Both the position numbers and the translations under genes were made by a program. From NCBI GenBank assembly GCA_038087875.1, contig JAXLNO010000364.1:248001-312000 (forward strand): a DNA stretch of 64,000 bases, in the 5' to 3' direction. The notes under the pieces were generated by a model. It was not told the DNA's origin. It saw only the letters and a list, made by a program, of their open reading frames with translations, and made no database searches. This DNA comes from Malacoraja senta. Taxonomy: Eukaryota. Positions 38,451-56,081 of the stretch are shown here, piece by piece. Position 1 is the first letter of the stretch, and each line of letters starts with the position of its first letter.

Positions 38451-39552
38451 ATTCTACCGATGTGTCAATTTGCCATTCCAGTTTCGAGGAGACGAATACA
38501 TAAAAGCAATGGTGTAATGCTAATGCCTCATGGGGCGCTGGTGAGGCCACGTTTGGAATATTGTAAGCGGTTATGGGCCTCCTATCTAAGGATGGGTGCG
38601 CAAGCGTGGAGTGGGCCCAGAGGAGGTTAGTTGAATGGTCCCGGTTATGATTGGGTAAACGTGTGAGGATAGTTTGATGTTACTAGGCCTATACTCGCTG
38701 GAGTTTTGTATAATGAAGGGAGACTTCATTGAAACACACAGAATAGTGAATGGCTTGGATAGAGTGGGTGTGGGGACGATGTTTCTACTAGTAGAGAGCC
38801 TAGCACTAGAGGTCATAGCCTCAGAATTCGACGTTCTTTTAGGAAGGGGATGAGGAGACATTTCTTTAGTCAGAGGATGGTGAATCTGTGGAATTATTTG
38901 CTGCAGAACGCAGTGTAGGCCAAGTCAGTGGATATTTTTAAGGCAGAAATGGATACATTCTTGATTATTACAGGTGTCAGAGATTATGTTGAGAAGGCAG
39001 AAGAATGGGGTTAGGAGGGAGAACATATCAACTATGATTGATTGGTGGAGTAAACTTGATGTGCTGAATTACATAATTCTACTCCTATTCCTTATGACCT
39101 TATGAATTTCATTCTGGTGTGTCTCGAGATGGGGACTGTTCTAGGGGCAGGGGTTGATCAGTGGGTGCAGAAACCTAGTTCACGAAAGTCATCGGGGTCC
39201 TGTGGGTGTGGAGTGTCCAATCCTAAATGGCCTCGTTATTCAGTCTGATCCTGTGAGTGCGAGATTCTCATGGATAGAACAGTTCAGCACAGGAATAGGC
39301 CCGTCGGCCCATAATGGCCGTGTCAAACACAATGTTAAATTAAACTAATCTCTGCTTGCGCGCGATCCATATACTGTACTCCCATTCCCTTCTTCCCCGT
39401 CTAAAAGCCTCTTATAGACCACTATCGTATCTGCCTTCACCACCAACCCCGGCAGTGGGTTCCAGCACACCACCATCCTCTGTGTAAACAAAATTGCCCC
39501 TTACATCGTTACACGCTGCCCCCCTCACGTTAAATCTATCCTCTCTAATAAT

Positions 39553-40433
39553 TTAGATTAGATTTGATTAGATTAGATTTTATTACTTGTCATTTGAATC
39601 TCAAAGAGGCTCAAACGATCTCCGTTTCCACAGCCATACAAACAAAACAATTCCTACAAGACACACAAACAATTCAATTTACAGAAAAACATCCATCACA
39701 GTGAATCTCCTCCTCACTGTGATGGAAGGCAAAGTCTTTTCTCTCCCCTGCACCCTTTGTCTCCCGATGTTGGAGCCCCAGGCGGGCGATGGTAAGTCCG
39801 ACGGCCATTTTAGGCCGCGCCAGGCGGTGTACGGCCCCGCTCCAGTCCAAAAGTCACAAAGTTGGAGCCCCCGGCGGGCGATGGAATGTCCCACGGCCAT
39901 TAAAGTCGCACCGGGCGATGTACGCCCCCGCTTTTTCCGGGTTGTTCCAAACCCGCGACACGTGCTGGAGAAGTTGCTTTGCGGGAGCTCCGAAAAGCGG
40001 TCTCTCACCCGGACCCGCGAGCTACCGATGTCCCAGTCCACCGGTCTGCAGCTGGAGCCTCCGAGCTCCGGAGTGAGCAGCGAGCCACCACCGCTCCCCA
40101 CGCTCCGAGGCCATCCAGCCCCACGATGGTGAGTCCACACCTCCGCAGGCTCCGCGACTGGAGCCCCCAGGTCGTTTCGGTTGGAGGCCGCTCCACGGAG
40201 CTAGGCCCCAACGACAACGGAGATCCGACAGGGAAAAAGTCGGGTCTCCCGTACAGGGAAAATATTTTAAAAGTTTCCCCGTCCACCACCCGCCCTCCAC
40301 ATTTACACGATTAAAACAGTACAAAAAAACACGAACAACTACATTTAACTAGTCAAAAATTAAAAAAAAAGACAGACAGGCTGTAGGGGGCGCTGCAAAA
40401 ATCACGCTCCGCCGCACTTCATTTCTGCACTGC
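39553..40433 (-). mobile_element. Retroposon-like insertion of about 880 bp specific to duplication period 4
   Basis: Absent at the equivalent site of periods 1-3 (ctctctaataattgacc). On the minus strand it ends in AATAAA plus a (TCTAA)n tail; the body is GC-rich; tctctaat occurs on both sides. Confidence 0.7.
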
Positions 40434-42062
40434 TTCTCTAATTGACCTGTCTATCGTGGGGTGGGGCGGGAGGAGGGGGGGGGAGATAATGAATGTCCGC
40501 CCGATCTGTGCCTCTCATAGTGTCATTTTGATTGGTTGAAAGCTACAGAATGGAAACCGGCCCTTCCGCCCACCCACGCCGACCATTTGTCATGCGTTCA
40601 CATGCCAGTTCTACGTTATACCCACATTCCGTTCGCTCCCTACACACTAGCGACAATTTATGGCGGCCAATTAACCTACAATCCCAAAGCACCCTGAAAT
40701 AGAGGATCATCATGAGGCCATTCCGCTCATCAAGTTCGCTCCGCCATCCGCCACGCCAAAGACGTAGAGTTTTGTAGGTTAATTTGCTTGGTGTAAATGA
40801 AAATTGTTCCTAGTGTGTGCATGATAGCGGTAGTGTGCGGGGATCGCTGATTGAACCTTCTGAACCTTCTGAATTTTGTAGTCGGCAGGGCAGTACTCTG
40901 CATATCGCCAACTTGGGCAATTTTACATTTTTATCAAGCCAATTAATCAAGTCAATTAACCTACAAACCTGTACATCTTTGGAGTGTGGGAGGAAACCGA
41001 AGATCTCGGAGAAAATCCACGCAGATCACGGGGAGAACGTACAAACTCCATACAGCCAGCACCCGTAGTCGGGATCGAACCCGGGTCTCTGGCGTTGCAT
41101 TTTGCTGCACCGCTGTGCCACCGTGACTGCAAAGACGTACGAGTTTGCAGGGAAATCGGCTTCGTATAAATGTAAATTATTCTCAGACTGAGTAGGATAG
41201 TGTTAGATGCAGACTCGCTGGGCTGATGGGTCTGTTTCCGCGCTGCATCTCTAAACTGAACCAAACATTACAAGTAAAATAGAGCATCAGAATCAGTTTC
41301 GATGGTCCGCTTTAAAAATTATCTGTCGCTCTCGCATGGAATTGTTTTCTCTCGCTGGGGAAAGGTGCTACAGGAGAGATAGAGATGTTGGGTGCGGGGG
41401 GTGGGGGTGGGGGAGGGGAGGGGAGGAGGAGTGTTGCTTTCTGGATTGATACAGATTTTCACAGCAGTAGTCCGAAATGACATTGCGGATGTTTCCTCCA
41501 GTCAGGCTAGATTATTGAATTTGAGAAATAAAAATCAATATTACAGTAAGAAAGACACACAATGCTGGCGTAACTCAGATGGCCAGGTAGCATCTCTGGA
41601 GTAAAGGAATGGGTGACCTTTCGGGTCGAGACCCTTCTTAATAAGCACCAGTAGTCAGAATCGAACCCGTGTATCTGGAGCTGTAAAGCATCGGCTGCAC
41701 CGACGCGCCGCCGGGGTCGTTTCCTCTTTTCTTATTGACTGAATTTACCATCCAAACTTCTGGAAACCCGCCATCTGCGTCCTTCATGTTCTGTGGAACA
41801 CGCCGGAACTGAAATCCCACCACCTCGTCTTTAACCGACTCCTACACGTAGGACCAGGACTTACCTAAGAACAGCTGCTCCCAAATTACTCTCCCCACTT
41901 TTTGCCTAACGCAGATATGTTTAGTTTCCATTCACCGATTTCTCAAATTAATCGACAAAACAATGTCCTTAATATAATTTTATTATCAATACTATAATAT
42001 CTATCAATATAATTTATTTTATCTGTATTAAATTAAACTTTAAATTACTAAATTAATTTATT

Positions 42063-45081
<3,019 letters not shown>

Positions 45082-45132
45082 GTTGCTCCGCTCGCGTGGT
45101 TCTCGAGACTGTGACGCGCCGCGCCGCTCCGG

Positions 45133-45315
45133 TATTTATACGGCCCCCGGGATAGAACGCTGGCATTCGCTAAACACGCGCCGATTGGTCAATGAGAACA
45201 ATGACCTTGGTTGCCACAGGAAACAAACATAGAAGGTTCCAAGGCGCTCATTGCTGAATAATCCACAGTGTGAGACGTAGAACAATGGACCTTCAGTGAC
45301 GCAATCCATTGTCTG
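45133..45315 (-). promoter_or_regulatory. Promoter of tubulin copy 4
   Basis: TATAAATA at 45133-45140, a CCAAT box and the X-box-like site at 45210-45224. Confidence 0.75.
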
Positions 45316-47552
45316 CCTTCACCTCCCAGATTCCAATCTATCAATTACCGCTGGAAATTAAAGTATCTGACCACATCCCTCCAAATGATAACTAGCGCCA
45401 ACTATTTGACTTCCTAACCCCATGCAATCAATTTAGCCACTTTACCAGTGGAAAAATTGCTGTAGTTCACAGCGAATGTGATTTGAATTCAACGCATCTC
45501 TCCATTAATCACTTCATAATCCGGGATCTCCGGTCGAACATTGCAATGCCTAAGATAAATTATTATTGATTTATTACCATCACGTGTGCTGCAAAAAAAA
45601 AGTCAGGCGTACTATATAGGCAGATCACATCACTCCTCAGTATATCTGATTGTGCAGAGTATAATGTTACATCTAGAGAATAAAATTAACATTTTTATTT
45701 TCAAGTATGAGGACCACAGGAAGGTAGCACATGAGAGGTCTGCTGGGACAAGCTGTTCCTGAATCAGGTGGTACGTTCTTTCATCCTTTGGTACACGCTG
45801 TCCAACAGAAGTGGAGAGAAGAGTGAATGACCGGGGCTTAAGGAGGGTGTGGGGTGTGGGAGTGGACGTTGATTGTGACGATGTAATGCAATTAGATTCC
45901 AAATGATCAATCGCTGATTACTAAAGTGCCATTGATCATCTTGATTGATTGAAAGATGTACTCTACAAATTTGATGACGTGCAGTCCATCAGAACCCAGC
46001 AATCTCCCATTTCGTTAGGATGAATCACAAGGATATCACATTGATGGCTTTATAGAGTAATAGAGTGATAGAGTTTAGAAACAGGCCCTTCGGCTCAACT
46101 TCCCACAACGGCCAACATCTCCCACCTGCCTGCCCTTGGACCATATCCATCCAAACGTGTCCCGTCAATATACCTGTTTAACTGTTCCTTATACGTTTTG
46201 ATAGTCCCAGCATCAACTACCCCCTCTGGCAGCTTGTTCCATGCAACCACCACCCTTTGTTTGAAAAGGTTACCGCTCAAATTCCTATTAAATCTTTACA
46301 CCTTCACCTTGAATCTATTGGTCCTCGATGCCCCTACTCTGGGCAAGAGATTATGTGCATCTACCCGACTTGTTCCTCTATACGACCACGCCTCACCCTC
46401 CTGCGCTCCAAGGAATAGCGACCCAGCCTACTCAAACTCTCCCATAACCTCAGACACCCTAGTCCTGGCAACATCCGCGTAATTCTTCACTGATTGGTTG
46501 CCAGAGACTAGGGGTCGGTGCTGTGGCCGCTGCACTTCACGTTATATACCAATGATTTGGATGAGGGAATTGAATTCTTGGTGGGAAGTTTGGTGATGCT
46601 GCGAAGTTAGGTGGAGGGGCAGATTGTGCAGAGTAAGCAGCGATTCTGCCGAAGAATTTGGGCATGTTTGGTAAGTAGACAAAGAAATGGCAGATGGAAT
46701 ACAGCGCAGCAAAATGCGGAGACAGGCATTTTGATAGTAGGAATCAATCGAAGACTGTTTTCTAAATGAGGAGAGAATTCAGAAATCTGAGTTGCAAAGG
46801 GACTCGGGAATGCTGATACAGGATTCCCAAAAATGTAATTTGCAAGTCGAATTGATACTAATGCAGGAAAATGCAATACAAGCATTTATTTGTGGAGGAC
46901 AAGAATATTTAAAAAAACGGATATAATACTGAGTCTTGAAAAGGCACTGGTGAGCGCATTTGGAGTATTTTGACTAATTTGGGACCCCATATCTAAGGAC
47001 TGATGTGCTGGCGTTGGAAAGGGTACGGAGGATGATTATGAGAATGATCCCAGCACCGAATTGAGTTCACGTATGATAAACGTTTGACGACACTGTGCCT
47101 GTACTCGCTGGAGTGCAGAAGGAAGAGGGGAGAACCTGATTGAAACAAATGGGTTGCAGAGGCTATCGCGTGAAGGCAGGGGAATGGGGCTGATAGGGGA
47201 AGAACGATCACCCACGATTAAATGGCGGAGTAAGCTAGAGTCATAGAGTGATACAGTGTGGAAACAGTCCCTTCGGGCAAACTTGCACTCACCGGCCAAC
47301 ATGTCCCAGTTACCCCAGTCCCACCTGCATGCGCTTGGTCCATATCACTCCAAACCTGTCCTATCCATGTAGCTGTCTAACTATTTATTGAGCGTTGGGA
47401 TAGTACCAGCATCAACTAGATCCTCTGGCAGCTTGTGCCATACACCCACCAGCCTTTGTGTGAAAACGTTAGCCTTCAGATTGCTTTTGAATATTTTCCC
47501 CTTCACCTTGTACTTATGTCCTCTGAACCTCGATTCCCCTACTTTGGGCAAG

Positions 47553-47830
47553 GGACAGTAAGAAAGGTGGGAGAACTGGCAAGGGTGGGTGGTGTGAGAG
47601 AGAGGGAAAGCAAGGGTTATTTGAAGTTTGAGGTCAATGTTCATACCACAGGGGTATGAACTACCGAAGCAAATTATGAGGTGCTGTTCCTCCAATTTTC
47701 GTTGGGCCTCACTCTGACAATGGAGGAGGGCCAGGGCAGAAAGGTCAGATTGGGAATGTGAGGGGGTGTTAAAGTGCTGAGCAACCGGTAGATCGGGTAG
47801 GTTTAGGCGGACTGAAATGGCAGATCGACT
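47553..47830 (-). mobile_element. Penelope-like element fragment (GIY-YIG endonuclease C-terminal region)
   Basis: Translates to LPVAQHFNTPSHSQSDLSALALLHCQSEAQRKLEEQHLII...GMNID, typical of vertebrate PLE ORF ends. Confidence 0.8.
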
Positions 47831-49117
47831 GTCGGAAGCTATAGTCCGGGTTGGGTCCGAACTGGGAAGTCTGGAATCAGAGCTGGAATCCGCGAAGTAA
47901 AACATGGGGAGGCGCAAGCAAGACCCGAGAAAACAAACATGGCTGTGGTAACGTGATTGGATAGTTTATTGTGGAACGCCCAGCTTGAAGAGAGATTAGA
48001 TGGAGGTATAGACATTATGAGAGTAAGAGATAGGGTAGATAGGGTAGAACAGCAGTTTTCCCATGGTGGAAATGTGTAACCCCAGAGGGGTGGCTATGAA
48101 ATAAAAGGAGGACATTTTAACGAAGATGTGCGGCGATGTTACTTGTCACACAGTGTAGTAGGGACCTGGAACACGTTGCCTGGGGTGTTGGTAGGGCAGA
48201 AAGGATCGTGAAGTTGGAAAGACTTTTCAATGGACGCGTCGAAGTGCCGTGAATAGAGGGATATGGATCATGTACTGGCAGATGAGATAAGTCTAACTTG
48301 GCATCATGTTCGGCGCAAACCCTGTGGGCCGCTGGATCCGTTCCTGTGCTGCACTGTGGTATGTTCTTTGGTCTATTAACACGGGAGGCGTTCCCATTCT
48401 CGGCGCCCGGTCAGACCGCTCCATCAGCACAAGGAGTTTCGATGACTGGAACGTTGTGATCCTTGGACCCCGTGCTCTTTCAAGAAACAGATTGCATCAC
48501 CCAAAGACCAACCCCCAGCTTTACAATCATCCCCATCCCGAGATACATCAGTGTGATCATTAGTGAGATGCGATGATTTACGATGCCAGGACTCGTAGGA
48601 TTGAGATTTAAAATAATTGGAGCACAGACAGCTGAGTAGTGTTCATGTGGAGGTATATGAAACCGTGAGCGGCATAGATAGAGTTAATGCACAGAAACCT
48701 TCAGCACCAAAGATGAATAAAAAACTACAGGGCATAGGATTAGAATGAGAGGGGAATGAGTTCCAACTATCCACCATCTCAGGTGGTGGTGGGTACATGG
48801 AACGAGGTTCCAGGTGATCTAGTAGAGGCAGGTACAGTAACATTTAAAGGATATGTATGCAGTTTCATGACGAAGAATTGGATAGAGTGATATGCACTAA
48901 ACGTGGGCAAATTGGATGATCAGAGATGAGGCGGCATGGTGGGCATGGACAAGTTGGGCCGAAGGGTCTGTTTCCACTGTATGAAAAAATAGACATTAAG
49001 CAATTGTGCCTTTGCGAAGTACGCAAAACCAAACTATGTCTCAAATATATTTAATTTCGTAAATTAGATTTACACCAGTATTAAAAATATCTAATCTTTC
49101 CAGTTATAAAACAAAAT

Positions 49118-52316
<3,199 letters not shown>

Positions 52317-52373
52317 GATGTTCCTTCCAGTCTGGCAGCTACAGACAATGTGTTACATTCGCAGAACGCGTAC

Positions 52374-52520
52374 TTTTATACCCCGCCCGATAGAACGTTC
52401 CATTCAGCCGGGCCGCGCTGTGATTGGCTGCCAGCGACCCAACCGTCGGCGTGGAACGCGGAGACAAAGGGCACAGAGAACGCCGATTGGTTCTCAGCGC
52501 GACTGACGCAACAATGGGTT
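52374..52520 (-). promoter_or_regulatory. Promoter of tubulin gene 5
   Basis: TATAAAA at 52374-52380 (minus), GC box CCCCGCCC at 52381-52388, CCAAT boxes at 52423-52427 and 52486-52490, TGACGCAACAATG near 52504-52516; CpG-rich. Confidence 0.75.
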
Positions 52521-52884
52521 CGCGGCGACCTCTTCTTCGAACGGCGCAAAGAACCGTCCGCACCTCGGCCGTCAGAACCGAGGATCATTGGGCGTTTCAC
52601 TTGTCGCGTCAACACGGGCCCCCTAACGACCAACCCTGACAACATGTGCCCACCAACCAGATGGATATGAATCTTGTTGAACCCGCAAACAGATCTCTGT
52701 TGTTAAATGACTCAAATCGTGACAAAATATTCTATCTATTTTAAATGCTGGTTTTTTTTAACCTACCTCGATTACTTCATCTGGCATCGCGTCCCATACA
52801 CCCACCATCTTCTATGTGAGAACATAATCCCTCCTTTCCTATTAAAACATTACCCTAAAATCTCTCTTTTTTCACCTTTCCCCT

Positions 52885-53194
52885 CTTTAGAATTTAGACT
52901 TCGGAGATATAGCGTGGAAACGGGCCCTTCGGCCCACCGAGACCGAGTCGACCATCGATCCCCGTAGCATTATCCTACACACTAGGAACAATTTGCAAGT
53001 TTACCGATTATCCAAATAACTTACAAACCTGTAGGTCTTTGCAGTGTGAGAGGAAACCGGAGCAGCCGGAGAAACCCCAGGCGGTCACGTAGAGAACGTA
53101 TAAACTCCGTACAGACAGCACCCGTCGTCAGGATTGAACCCGGATCTCTGGCGCTGTGAGGCAGCAACTCTACCGCTGCGCCACTGTGCCGCCC
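52885..53194 (-). mobile_element. Full-length tRNA-derived SINE (HE1/V-SINE-like)
   Basis: Minus strand: GGGCGGCACAGTGGCGCAGCGGTAGAG (A box), GGGTTCAATCC (B box), V-like core, CR1-like 3' end and (TCTAAA) tail. Confidence 0.8.
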
Positions 53195-54401
53195 TCTGCT
53201 AAATGTTTTAAGTTAAGTTTCCATTTGTGAAGATTACATGATAGATTAAGTCGAGCCCATAAATCTCTCAGCAGCCGGGTTGCTCTCAACTTTTTAAGAC
53301 GGTGCGGAAGTCTAACTCATCCCATTCTTAATTGGACATTAACCACTGTTGAGTTATTTTATTAATATTCGAACATACCGGATCAGGAGGTTGAGTATAA
53401 GAGCGATGGAAGTTCTATTGCAGCTTTATATGGCATTGGTTAGGCTGCAATTGGAATGGTGTGCAGTTCTGTGGCCTGCATTCCTGGCTGGATTTGGAGG
53501 CTTTAGAGAGGGTGCGATGAGGTTTGCAACTGTGCTGCATAGTATTATCTGACAGGAGGTTGGACAACCTGCGTCGCTTTCACTCGAGCATCGTAGGCCG
53601 AGGGGAGACCTGATAGAGGTTTAAAAAAATATCGAGAAACACAGATAGGTTTACGATCAGAAACCATTCCCAGGATAGAAATTGCAAGGACTCTCGTTTC
53701 AGGTTGAAGGTGAGTACAAAAAAAATTAAATGAGAAGTGCCGGCATGTATTGTACACTTTACCTGTTGGGAGCCTGGAACGCGCTGCAAGCGGTTTATTC
53801 GAAGCAGATTCGAGAGTGATAGTTTAGAGGCTCTTAGACATGCACACGAATGTGGAGTGTATGGAGCGATATATATTACGTGCTGGTAGAGGAATATGGG
53901 TTAACCGAATATGATGTTGGGCACAAACACTGTAGACCGAAGCATCTGTTCCTGTGCTGTGCTATTTTGCAGACTTACAATATGTTCCAGGTTCTAGGTG
54001 CCTCAGAGGGCGGTGGAGACAGGTTCTCTGGATGCTTTCAAGAGAGAGCTAGATTGGGCTCCTAAAAATAGCGGAGTCAGGGGATATGGGGAGAAGGCCG
54101 GAACGAGGTACTGATTGGAGATGATCAGCCATGATCACATTGAATGGCGGTGCTGGCTCGAAGAGCCGAATGGCCTACTCCTGCACCTATTGTCTATTGT
54201 CTATTGTACCGAGCTTCCGTAAAAAGCCTGTTGTTTACGTCAGTTTGGTTTATTGTCACGTGTCATGAGATACAGTGGAAATATTCTTCTTGCATGCTAC
54301 CCTTGTCAGTGGAAAGACAATACATAATTGCAATGTTGTGCATTCTATGCAGTTAAATAATACAATACACCTGTACAATAGATTCGCTTACAGTAATAGA
54401 G

Positions 54402-55443
54402 TAGGTATGTTACAAAACTTACCTTCAGTCGCGCTGTAATTCTGCCACTGGCCGTGTGCGCGATTTTGGCGCCTTTAAGGGGGGGGCGGGGTTAAAACGC
54501 GGTTTCTCCTCCCTTGTCCTGGAAATATTTTGTTGGAGTACAAACCTTCGCTGACAAAATCGTTCCTACCGGCGTTTTTTGAATGTTTTATTTTTGTTAA
54601 ATTGTCAATGTCAGCGCTACAGTCATTGTAAAAGCAGCTCCTGAAGCGTCAACGCCGATAACGGGGACGGATTTCACACAATGGACAGGTAAACGAAAGT
54701 GCTTTCTTTAAATGTATAAAAGTGCTTCTTAAGAAGCCTTTAATTCACATTTTGTCATGCGACACGGTGATTTTATTCCCCGAATTAACGGCAGTATTTT
54801 TCATGCCAATACGGGGTTAAATTCACCGCAAATCAACGTTCCAAATGATCGCGTTCCAGCAAATCCTCACTCGCAAGATGAATTAAATCCCCATTAATTT
54901 ACAGGTATTAAACATTCAATTCCTTCCATTTGGCCTGTAAATTCATGAAAATTAGATTTAAAAATTATGTTATATTGTGAATTATTGTGTGAATGTTATT
55001 TGGACACTTAGGCTATTTAAAAATGTTAATCTATTCTTAAGAAATTGATAGATGTTTAGATCTAGTAATTGAATTTTGTAATTAGCTACAATTAGGTAAC
55101 TAACGAATTATATGCTTTACTTTCATGTGTTCGAAGTAAGATTGTTTCATATTTGTTTCAGAATGCTTCAATCTATAATACCTGAAAATTTCTTTCAGTT
55201 ACCATAATTTTTAAGAAGGTTATGGGCTTTTAACTGTCCTCGATCACAGCTTTTGTGTTAAGTCAATGGAAAAGCAATAGGGAACTAGATGCTAATTTCT
55301 GAGTATGATAATGGCCATAACTTTTTTAATACTGAAGATATGAAAGTGAATTAAGTGTCAAATTAAACTTCTTTTTATGCTTTATCTGATGGGATAAATT
55401 GCAGACTTTATTTTTAAAATCTCAAAATTTTGTAACATTGCTA
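54402..55443. mobile_element. Complete non-autonomous DNA transposon (about 1.04 kb, MITE-like; possibly hAT- or P-like)
   Basis: 16-bp terminal inverted repeats TAGGTATGTTACAAAA / TTTTGTAACATTGCTA (14/16 match), flanked by the direct repeat AATAGAG (54395-54401, 55444-55450). No ORF. A second partial copy is at 63223-63893. Confidence 0.82.
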
Positions 55444-55567
55444 AATAGAGTTACACGGAAAGAGGCCCTTCACACCATAATGCCCATGTCCAGCCGCCTG
55501 TGGGAAGGAATTACACATATTCACCACCGCTGAATTGGAGTCCACATCTTGAACAACGGTTGAAGTA

Positions 55568-56081
55568 CAGTGCATTCAGAAAGTATTCAGACCCCTTCAC
55601 TTTTTCCACATTTTGTTACGCTACAGCATTATTCTAAAATGTATTTTTATCGTCAATCTACACACAACACCCCATTAAAAAAAGCGAAACCAGGTGTTTA
55701 GATATTTTTGCAAAGTAAATAAAAATAAATAACTGAAATATCACATTTATATAAGTATTCAGACCCTACTCAGTAGTTTGTTGAGGCACCTTTGGCAGCG
55801 ATTACAGCCTCAAATCTTCTTGCGTATGACGCTACAAGCTTGGCACACCTGTATTTGGGTAATTTCTCCCATTCTTCCCTGCAGATCTTCTCAAGCTCTG
55901 TCAGATTGAATGGGGGGCGTCGATGCACAGCTATTTTCAGGTCCCTCCAGAGATGTTCGATTGGGTTTAAGTCCGGGCTCTGGCTGGGCCACACAAGGAC
56001 ATTCACAGACTTGTCACGAAGCCACTCATGAGTTGTCCTGGCTGTGTGCTTAGGGTCGTTGTCCTGTTGGAAGGGAACCTC
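55568..56081 (-). mobile_element. Tc1/mariner transposon, right-hand end (DD34E transposase C-terminus plus IR/DR terminal repeat)
   Basis: TA followed by CAGTGCATTCAGAAAGTATTCAGACCCC at 55568; inner direct repeat AAGTATTCAGACCC at about 55753; [13 protein letters not shown]...[15 protein letters not shown] with stop at 55770. Confidence 0.92.

Noticed and set aside
53110..53194. tRNA gene
   Set aside because: The A and B boxes belong to a SINE head and run into a SINE core and LINE-like tail; no complete cloverleaf is evident.
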